From contig JBMFJD010000006.1 in assembly GCA_049974095.1 (NCBI GenBank), positions 1-32,000 on the forward strand: a stretch of DNA of 32,000 nucleotides. Direction: 5' to 3'. A program made the position numbers and the translations under genes. Shown piece after piece: positions 7,933 to 15,082 of this stretch (the first letter of the stretch is position 1; each line of letters begins with the position of its first letter). A model generated the notes under the pieces. The model was not told where the DNA came from and did no database searches. It saw only the letters and a program-made list of their open reading frames with translations. This stretch comes from Nanopusillaceae archaeon. Lineage in GTDB: Archaea > Nanobdellota > Nanobdellia > Nanobdellales > Nanobdellaceae.

Positions 7933-8662
7933 AGAGTAAACCGGAATTGTATAACCTTATTGCTTTCCTTATGCTTACACCATCACTAAATAGTTTTTCA
8001 TATTTTTCATCAGGTAATATTACACCTGCTTTTTGTAGAATTTTTTTATATTTATCCTGGTCCATTTTTATCTCAAATTTTAAATCAAACCTATCTAATA
8101 TATACTTTGGTATTTTTGTTATATCATTTGCTACACCTATGACTTGAACACCTTCATTATATACATCTATTAATGCATCTTGTACTGCTCTAGGCATTTT
8201 ATCAATTTCATCTATTAATATACCAAATCCATATGGTTTTGCTACGGTTTTGTAAAATAGTAATTCATTTTTCTTTGTAGTACTTCCTACTGTAAATATG
8301 TATCTTTGTAATCTTGATATTTCTTCTAATAGGTATGATTTTCCAATACCTGAACCACCTACTATTAATATCCATAGTTTGTTTTTCAATCCTATTAAGA
8401 ATTTGTCCCTATCATTATCATCTAATATTGTTAAGTCTATATCATTTATGTCTGCTTTACTGTTCTCAAAATCTGCAATATATTGTTTTCCATCTTCAGT
8501 TATTCTTACATACATGTGTCTATTTGTTATGCTTATCTCTACTAATCCTTCGCTATACATTTTTTTGAACAATTCTTTTATGTTTCTCTCATATCCGCTT
8601 ACTTCTACATAGTCACCTTCTTTTGCTATCTTCTTCAACAATATGTATTTTAGTACGTCCAT
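7931..8662 (-). CDS. compact AAA+ ATPase with N-terminal winged-helix domain (Orc1/Cdc6-RFC clade-like)
   Basis: N-terminal wHTH-like 70 aa. Walker A GGSGIGKS, Walker B ILIDEIDKM, GVAN sensor-1, ILDRFDLKFEI. Lid ends in SDGVSIRKAIRL, which resembles the GDxRxAI motif of clamp-loader/initiator AAA+ proteins. Confidence 0.65.
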   Translation of the reverse strand: MDVLKYILLKKIAKEGDYVEVSGYERNIKELFKKMYSEGLVEISITNRHMYVRITEDGKQYIADFENSKADINDIDLTILDDNDRDKFLIGLKNKLWILIVGGSGIGKSYLLEEISRLQRYIFTVGSTTKKNELLFYKTVAKPYGFGILIDEIDKMPRAVQDALIDVYNEGVQVIGVANDITKIPKYILDRFDLKFEIKMDQDKYKKILQKAGVILPDEKYEKLFSDGVSIRKAIRLYNSGLL

Positions 8663-8708
8663 AATATATTATTGTCTTTAGTATTTATAAACATGTGTTT
8701 GACACATG

Positions 8709-9269
8709 TTAACCATTAGTTAACTTTATAAATTCATTTTGTATATTTGCTAAGTGTTTTAGTACTATTGATTTATCTAAATATGTAAATGATACGATGT
8801 TATGCTTAAAGTCTATTGGGGCAGACCTGTCAACTATTTTAATCCTGCCCTCTTTGTTTACTTTATTCATAAAGAAATCGATAAATAACCCTAATACTGG
8901 TGTGTATTCATCAGCACCAATATATAGCCATATATTTATTGGTTTGTTATAGTCCTCTAGTACATCACCATTTACAATTACTGGTCTGCCATTTTCATCT
9001 AGTAATACATCATAATCTATTATCCATTTATATCCCGCTATCTCTTTGTCTTTATGTTCTTTTAACATTTGATCGATTTCTTGGTATGGGAATACTAGAG
9101 TATCTGGATAGTTTACAGTTAAGTATATACCTCTGTCACCTATAGATACATCAGATGTTTGATAGAAAAATTTTAAGAGATCGTTAAATACTTTTTCAAT
9201 TTTCTTATACTTGTTGTATTGGTTGTCCTTGTTCATACTGGTTTTGTAGGATTTGTAGTAATAATTCAT
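8709..9269 (-). CDS. hypothetical protein (186 aa)
   Basis: ATG ORF. It overlaps the upstream gene by 65 nt; an alternative ATG at 9236 reduces the overlap to 32 nt. No motif recognised. Confidence 0.65.
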   Translation of the reverse strand: MNYYYKSYKTSMNKDNQYNKYKKIEKVFNDLLKFFYQTSDVSIGDRGIYLTVNYPDTLVFPYQEIDQMLKEHKDKEIAGYKWIIDYDVLLDENGRPVIVNGDVLEDYNKPINIWLYIGADEYTPVLGLFIDFFMNKVNKEGRIKIVDRSAPIDFKHNIVSFTYLDKSIVLKHLANIQNEFIKLTNG

Positions 9270-9651
9270 TATCTGATATTAAATCTTTTGAATCTATTGG
9301 TAAGCCTAATTCTTTCATCTTATTAATTAATTGTAGTGTCATGCTTTTGTCAATCCTTTCTAGTAAGGATAATGAAAATATTATGCCTTGATGGAAATTT
9401 TTGTTTAGGTTTGGTATGATATCTTTTCTTGTTATTATGTATAGTGATCCTACTTTGTTTATTGCATATTTATCTAGATTGTTTATTACCCTATCTAATA
9501 CTCTGTGGTATACTATCTGGGCTACTGTCCTGCTAACCTGTTCATGTTTTATTATTTCTGGTATTGATAGATATAGTACGCCTTTCTGATCTACTTCTTT
9601 TAAAAGAGAATTTACATGTAGTTCAAGTTCTTCTTTACTTATCCTGCCCAT
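9205..9651 (-). CDS. hypothetical protein, possible winged-helix DNA-binding protein (148 aa)
   Basis: ATG ORF. The segment LSIPEIIKHEQVSRTVAQIVYHRVLDRVINNL..SLYIITRK looks like an HTH plus wing. Confidence 0.6.
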   Translation of the reverse strand: MGRISKEELELHVNSLLKEVDQKGVLYLSIPEIIKHEQVSRTVAQIVYHRVLDRVINNLDKYAINKVGSLYIITRKDIIPNLNKNFHQGIIFSLSLLERIDKSMTLQLINKMKELGLPIDSKDLISDNELLLQILQNQYEQGQPIQQV

Positions 9652-9740
9652 AAAATATTTTATCGATAAATATGTTTTTAAATATTTGTTTTCATGTGTG
9701 ATGTTAGATTTATGAAAATTTAGTATATTTATTATATATC

Positions 9741-9914
9741 GTTTAAAGAAAACTAGTAGTATTGAAAGAAATGTATTGAAGGAAATAGATCCGTTTAAAG
9801 TAAACTAGGAGTAGATGAACCCGATAAGGGGGATTGTTAAAACAAACCTAGAAGGTTTGAAAGATGGGGCTCGATAAGAGCCGACGGGTTATAAAAAACC
9901 TAGAAGGTTTTTTT
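9741..9914. repeat. four degenerate 27-28 nt CRISPR-repeat-like direct repeats, period 52/43/52 nt
   Basis: R1 9741-9768 GTTTAAAGAAAACTAGTAGTATTGAAAG. R2 9793-9820 GTTTAAAGTAAACTAGGAGTAGATGAAC. R3 9836-9863 GTTAAAACAAACCTAGAAGGTTTGAAAG. R4 9888-9914 GTTATAAAAAACCTAGAAGGTTTTTTT. Inter-repeat segments are 24, 15 and 24 nt and carry small GC hairpins with GATAA-type loops. Confidence 0.55.
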
Positions 9915-10824
9915 ATTCTATTTTTCCAAAGATTACTATTAATGGTTTTTGTAGATCTTTATCTTCTGTAAATACTTTTGCGTTTGTTATAGATCTTAAG
10001 TACATGTCTATTAGTCCTTGACCTTCATAGAATTTTTTAACACCTTCTCCCATTGTATAATATCTCATACCTTTAGATGCTTCTCTTATATCGGACATAA
10101 ATAGACCTGTGTTTAGTAATACGTATTTCCATGCCTCATATACATATTTGTTTTCTGGTGTTTGGTCTATTCTTTTACCATTAAATAATATATAGTAGTC
10201 CCATGGTTTCATCACGTACTCTACCTTGTCAACACCTATTTTATATTTAAGGTCTAATTCTATATCACTGCCATTTTCTACCCTATTTTCACCAAATATT
10301 CTAATTAATTCATTTTTTACATTTGTAAATTCTTTTCTTGATAACCAGTTTATGAATTTATCATCCCACAGTACTTTTGCGTTTAATTTTGTTAATGATG
10401 TTGTAACTAATAGATTCCAGTCATCATTTTCTTCCATTGATACATAACCATCATATCTGGCAGATACGTATAGGTTTTTCATTGTATTACCTGTTGATAC
10501 ACCAACATCTGGTGTTATATAACATACGTTTTTACTACAGGTATCTTCTAATTCTTCTACTAATTCTTTTAATCTTGGGTTTCTATTATGGAAAATATAA
10601 TAATTGGAACCTGGGGTAAAATCATTACCTGTATTTCTACTAATTGCTCTTAATGATGCATCTGTAAATCTAAATTTTTTACCATCACCAGTTTCACATG
10701 TATAAAAGTTATAACGAACTTTACTGGTCTCTAATCTACAGACCATTTCGTTAGAATTTTCGAATATCTTTCCTACTATGTATAATGAATATGTTGATGA
10801 GTCTATTATGTATGTATCTGTCAT
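9913..10824 (-). CDS. hypothetical protein (303 aa)
   Basis: ATG ORF. Its stop is embedded in hairpin R4 (9893-9913). No motif recognised. Confidence 0.7.
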   Translation of the reverse strand: MTDTYIIDSSTYSLYIVGKIFENSNEMVCRLETSKVRYNFYTCETGDGKKFRFTDASLRAISRNTGNDFTPGSNYYIFHNRNPRLKELVEELEDTCSKNVCYITPDVGVSTGNTMKNLYVSARYDGYVSMEENDDWNLLVTTSLTKLNAKVLWDDKFINWLSRKEFTNVKNELIRIFGENRVENGSDIELDLKYKIGVDKVEYVMKPWDYYILFNGKRIDQTPENKYVYEAWKYVLLNTGLFMSDIREASKGMRYYTMGEGVKKFYEGQGLIDMYLRSITNAKVFTEDKDLQKPLIVIFGKIE

Positions 10825-10885
10825 ATATTATTTATTGCTATTTTTGTTTAAATGTCTAGTTCTCATAAATATTGAAACATGATTA

Positions 10886-12871
10886 TCATTCGCTCGATTT
10901 TCTTCTTTTCTTTATTAATATTAATGGGATAAGTACTAATGCTGAGATGGTAAATATTGTAGATGTAATTGTTATATAGTTGAATTCTCTGGTCATTGTT
11001 GAGTGTAGATATATTTGTATTGATTTGTTTATGGTTATATTTTTTGGATCTATTGTATATATGTCATAGTAAAAGAAATGGTCTTCTACCAGTACTGATT
11101 TATTGATATATATTTTCTGGTCTGCGGGTAAATAATCTGAATATGATTTTATATTTGTTATTGTTGTATTTCCTATGGTTATATTTATTGGTATTTGAGA
11201 GTCTATTTTCACATAGTATTCGGGGGTACAATAGTTTAGTAATTGTATTTCTCTTGATCCGTATGTTGTTATGTATATTTGATTTGGACATTCATACCTT
11301 AGATCATTATAGTAGTAGTATTTTTCTAATGATATAGATAATGTTGTACCATTCTTAGCATAAATAGTACCTTTACCAATGTATTTTTGACCATCTACAT
11401 AATATACACCGGCAGGTATTGTAAAGTTAACCTGGTATTCTGGTACACAATAGTTTAGTAACTGGACTGTTCCTGGACTGTATACTGGTACATATACTAA
11501 ATAAGGACATTCATATCTTATAGCATCGTAGTAGTAGTATCTATTAAGGTATACTATTATAGTTGTACCATTTTCGACAGTAAAGGTATTTCTACCCTGG
11601 TACTGTTTACCATCTATATAGTATGTGCCATTTGGTAGGATAAGATCAACATAATAATATAGAGTATAATCTGGATTAATCGTGTAAGATTTATTAATTA
11701 GTAATGGTATAACCGGACCAGGGTAAGATACGTTATTTACATATATGCCTTTTAGGTAATAATATCCACCAGGTACATATATTTTTGGTTGGAAAGTATA
11801 TATTTTGTACAGGACTACTGGGTATTGTTCTATATGATATCTTTTTGTTATTGGGTCATATATGGTTACTGTAAATGGTTTGTATGGTACATTGCCTAGA
11901 TAATCTGGACGGAAATTATCAGTATTTAGGTATACTGATGTTGAGGATACTGGTAATGGATTGATATTTGTTGATGTTTCTGCTGTGGACAGTCCATAGT
12001 TAAATACGTAAGGGACTGGTGTTAATATACCGTTGTTATTGTATAGTAATGTTAGATACCCACTTACTTGAGTTACATACACACAGTCCTCACCACTTAA
12101 ACCACCTATAACTAATTCAAGATTTTGTGGTGATTCTACTGGTGTTAATTGTGGAGCAACCTGGAAATATGCAGATTTTGATGGTACTTGTATTGTTACA
12201 TTATCATACCAGATTATATTATTACCATCTGTTGAATATCCAAATTGTATTACTGGGTAATTACCAGACATGGTTACATTGGTAATTAAGTATATTACAA
12301 AGGGGTAGGCTAATGAGTATTTGTTAGTGTAATATATGTAGACATAAGTATAACTTAGAAGAGGTGGATAACCATACATACTACCTTTACCAGACAATAG
12401 TTTACTTTTAGCTATTGTTTGATACTTATCTATTTCCCAGATATTATTTACTAATCTATAATAGTTGTTATCATTATTTATATCTACTGTATTCTGGACC
12501 CATAGATAATATGTTTTTCCATCATCAGCATTAATTAATAGTACGCCGTTTAGTTGTATGGATGAAGCATCATAATATTTTTCTTTATTACATTTGTTAC
12601 CAGGTCTGACATGTAAGTAATCTAAATATACAAAGCCAATTATTTCGTTTGTTATATATGAATACTGGTATGCTTCACCATTTTTAATTGCAATACCATA
12701 GTCTGAAATTCCTATTGGCATATAGATTAAATTTGGGTTGGACGGGTCTGGTTTAAAATTTTGTACAAATGAGTCATAACAACCATAACCATTAATAACA
12801 CATGTTTGTGCTATTGAAAAAGGATATATGGCAGGTAGAGATACAGATAGGGATAGACCAAAAAGATCCAT
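10886..12871 (-). CDS. thermopsin-family (peptidase A5-like) protein with two C-terminal ~73-aa repeats and a C-terminal membrane anchor
   Basis: Residues ~45-305 align by eye to Sulfolobus thermopsin as I recall it: PIGISDYG, YITNEIIGFV, SIQLNGVL, YYLWVQN, NNIWE, ELVIGG and ILTPVPYVFNYGLSTAETS. Tandem repeats occupy aa ~406-479 and 480-552. The C-terminus is a TM segment followed by KKRRKSSE. Many N-x-S/T sequons. Confidence 0.65.
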   Translation of the reverse strand: MDLFGLSLSVSLPAIYPFSIAQTCVINGYGCYDSFVQNFKPDPSNPNLIYMPIGISDYGIAIKNGEAYQYSYITNEIIGFVYLDYLHVRPGNKCNKEKYYDASSIQLNGVLLINADDGKTYYLWVQNTVDINNDNNYYRLVNNIWEIDKYQTIAKSKLLSGKGSMYGYPPLLSYTYVYIYYTNKYSLAYPFVIYLITNVTMSGNYPVIQFGYSTDGNNIIWYDNVTIQVPSKSAYFQVAPQLTPVESPQNLELVIGGLSGEDCVYVTQVSGYLTLLYNNNGILTPVPYVFNYGLSTAETSTNINPLPVSSTSVYLNTDNFRPDYLGNVPYKPFTVTIYDPITKRYHIEQYPVVLYKIYTFQPKIYVPGGYYYLKGIYVNNVSYPGPVIPLLINKSYTINPDYTLYYYVDLILPNGTYYIDGKQYQGRNTFTVENGTTIIVYLNRYYYYDAIRYECPYLVYVPVYSPGTVQLLNYCVPEYQVNFTIPAGVYYVDGQKYIGKGTIYAKNGTTLSISLEKYYYYNDLRYECPNQIYITTYGSREIQLLNYCTPEYYVKIDSQIPINITIGNTTITNIKSYSDYLPADQKIYINKSVLVEDHFFYYDIYTIDPKNITINKSIQIYLHSTMTREFNYITITSTIFTISALVLIPLILIKKRRKSSE

Positions 12872-13440
12872 TATAATTTTTTGCCTGAGAATATTCCAAA
12901 TGGATTATTTAACCATACAAAGAACGTTATTGCTAATATTGCTATTGTAAGTAATATTTGTATTATTAAGACTAATTCTACCTTTGATATTGCTTTATCT
13001 ATGTTGTTTTTATTTCTTAAATATAATATTATTGCTATTATTAGGAATATGAAGAATAAGAACCCGTAAGAGAATGCTCCAAATAATGAGGATAGATAAT
13101 TGTTTTTAGTTATTGCATGAGCAATTGATGCTATTATTAGTCCCATAGCAACAGATAGTATTGATATTAATGATTTAGTTAATAGGCTTAAGATGAAAGT
13201 TATTATTAGAAATATATATATTAGGGTTCCTGCTGTATTTCTTGATTCTGGTGCAGATCTGGCAACTAGTACTACTACTAGAGTTAATACCATCATTAAG
13301 AACATTGCTACATATGCTATTAGAAAACCTGTATACGACAATTCTATATTTTGGCTAAATAGTATTTTTACTAAAACATATCCTGCTATAAATGATATTA
13401 TTGCAATAAATGTATTTAGGAGGTTATTTTTCTGGGCCAT
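12871..13440 (-). CDS. polytopic membrane protein (~6 TM)
   Basis: The ORF-track start at 13458 is a TTG; the first ATG is at 13440 (MAQKNNLL). The sequence is highly hydrophobic throughout. Its stop overlaps the thermopsin-like ATG (TAATG). Confidence 0.7.
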   Translation of the reverse strand: MAQKNNLLNTFIAIISFIAGYVLVKILFSQNIELSYTGFLIAYVAMFLMMVLTLVVVLVARSAPESRNTAGTLIYIFLIITFILSLLTKSLISILSVAMGLIIASIAHAITKNNYLSSLFGAFSYGFLFFIFLIIAIILYLRNKNNIDKAISKVELVLIIQILLTIAILAITFFVWLNNPFGIFSGKKL

Positions 13441-13454
13441 AGTATTATATAGAA

Positions 13455-13476
13455 ACAAATATTTATATGTGTTTTT
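13455..13476 (+). promoter_or_regulatory. promoter-like element ACAAATATTTATATGTGTTTTT pointing into the inverted repeat, with no ORF downstream
   Basis: It matches the block A promoter cassette at 20 of 22 positions. Its first 20 nt are identical to the reverse complement of 31333-31352, upstream of the RHH gene. On the plus strand the only downstream reading is ATG GTA AAA AAC TAG. Confidence 0.45.
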
Positions 13477-13601
13477 GGTGGTATGGTAAAAAACTAGTTT
13501 TTCTAAATATATATATTATGAAAGTTATTACCGATTTTTGCATGTTAAGTCGTATATTAGGAAGATATGTATAAAGGTAGGGAATTTTGGTAAGCCATAG
13601 A

Positions 13602-14401
13602 GGAATGAGTTTATAAATGTTTGCGCCTCAAAATTTGACTAAAATTTATCTTTTATTTCGGACCCCCCTTAACAAAAAAGAAAATCACCTTTCTGTTCCA
13701 ACTTTGAAGTGATAAAAATAGTATATTATATTATGTTTTGTTTAGAATATATACAATATATAATATAGAAAAAATTTATAAATTTTTTATAATATGTGTT
13801 AATATGTGTTACATTTGTTTTTATTTGTTCACATATTTATATTTGTTATTTGCTATATGTGTTATTATGTGTATATGTTACTATTGTTACTAAGTAGTAG
13901 TTACATAAATGTATTTATAAATATATCGATATAAATATATATTATATAGAATAGCATGTTTAAAAAATATATATAGAAAAATATATATTAAAAAAAATAT
14001 ATAGCTAGAAGTATGTCAAAAAATAAATGTCACTACTTATTAATAATAAATAGTAACATAATAATTTAAATAATTTTTTAATAATAATAATAATTTATTA
14101 TTATTATTAATAACAACTACTTAGTAATAATAGTAAATATAAGTAACTACTGTATAGTGGTAGTAGTAAAAATAACACATATTTACACATATAACACATA
14201 AAAACACATATATAGAAAAATTTATAAATATTAAGTACAATATATAGTATAACTATTTCTATGTTAACAAATAATTGATATCTATGTTATCACTTTTTAG
14301 TAAGGGCAGTTTTTGGTAAAAGTTTTTGTGAAAGGGGGGTCAAAAAATAAATGATAAATTTGAGTCCAATTATGAGGCGTAAAAATTTATAAATACATTC
14401 C
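13602..14401. repeat. large imperfect inverted repeat: arms ~13602-13904 and ~14110-14401, spacer ~205 bp
   Basis: Arms align as reverse complements at about 75-85% identity by eye. C6 (13663-13668) mirrors G6 (14334-14339). TTACTATTGTTACTAAGTAGTAGTTAC (13878-13904) mirrors 14110-14136. Confidence 0.85.
13905..14109. other. nearly pure A/T core of the inverted repeat (candidate DNA-unwinding element or terminal-repeat junction)
   Basis: (A)nTATATA(T)AG direct repeats at 13962-14005. ATATCGATAT palindrome at 13923-13932. The (AAT)5..(ATT)4 palindrome at 14080-14111 runs just past the core into the right arm. Confidence 0.5.
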
Positions 14402-14514
14402 AAAATATACAAAAATACTTTCTATAGGAATACCTGTACATTCTATAAAGTCATGATAGACGTTCAAAAATAAGATGCGAATTTCTTTTAAAGTTATCTG
14501 AAATAATATATTTT

Positions 14515-15081
14515 ATGGAAAATACCTATAGGATAGTACAAGGGATACGCAATCTTTATAGTGGAGTACCTCCCTATGCTGTTAGTTTTAGAAAGAGAGG
14601 TAAATTTCTAAAAGATGCGTTTAAAGCATTAGAGAAACTTTTTGAAGATGGTACTTATAAAGATATATCAAAAGCTGCAATTAATTTATTAGAAATATCA
14701 ATAATGTATAATATTACAGAAAGAGCTTCTAGAGATTATTTAAAAGATTTCCATTATTTGTTTGTTGATGAATCATCGAATAAAAACTATGCTTATTTTG
14801 ATGATGAAAAGATTAAAATTGATAATAATAATGAAAGGAAGGTTCAGGCTTTAATTATAGATATTGATAAAATAAAACAAGATATCTATACAACAATAGA
14901 GATGGCTAAAAAAGTGTTAGATCAAGAAGGATCTTTTATATATAGATATACTGATTATTCTGTACCAGAAAAATTTATCGGAATCGTATTAGAGAATGAA
15001 TTTAAACCAACGCATAAAGTATGTAAAACAAGTTATAAAAAAGATGGCCTAATCAAATATATCATTATAATTACGGTATAA
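14515..15081 (+). CDS. hypothetical protein (188 aa), paralog of the next gene
   Basis: ATG ORF and the first gene right of the inverted repeat. Shares ISKAAI..ASRDYLKDF, YFDDEKIKIDNN and GSFIYRYTDYS with the equivalent positions of 15083-15631. Confidence 0.7.
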   Translation: MENTYRIVQGIRNLYSGVPPYAVSFRKRGKFLKDAFKALEKLFEDGTYKDISKAAINLLEISIMYNITERASRDYLKDFHYLFVDESSNKNYAYFDDEKIKIDNNNERKVQALIIDIDKIKQDIYTTIEMAKKVLDQEGSFIYRYTDYSVPEKFIGIVLENEFKPTHKVCKTSYKKDGLIKYIIIITV

Positions 15082-15082
15082 G

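Noticed and set aside
9820-9890. tRNA or split-tRNA half in the GC-rich island
   Set aside because: I could not fold a cloverleaf. The GGCTC-GATAA-GAGCC hairpin has a 5-nt loop, and the 7-nt alternative lacks U33. There is no T-loop consensus (TTCRAAT) and no acceptor-stem pairing.
9741-9914. Calling the four repeats a bona fide CRISPR array
   Set aside because: The repeats are only ~75-80% identical to each other. The spacers are 15-24 nt. There are only four units, with no leader or cas genes adjacent. I report it as CRISPR-repeat-like instead.
13659-13720. Canonical ORB/mini-ORB origin boxes in the repeat arms
   Set aside because: The left arm has GTTCCAACTTTGAAG plus a G-string in reverse complement, which is vaguely ORB-like. 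However, the dyad is imperfect, the spacing to the G-string is ~28 nt, and the right arm does not conserve the dyad. I keep it only as a general origin-like architecture.
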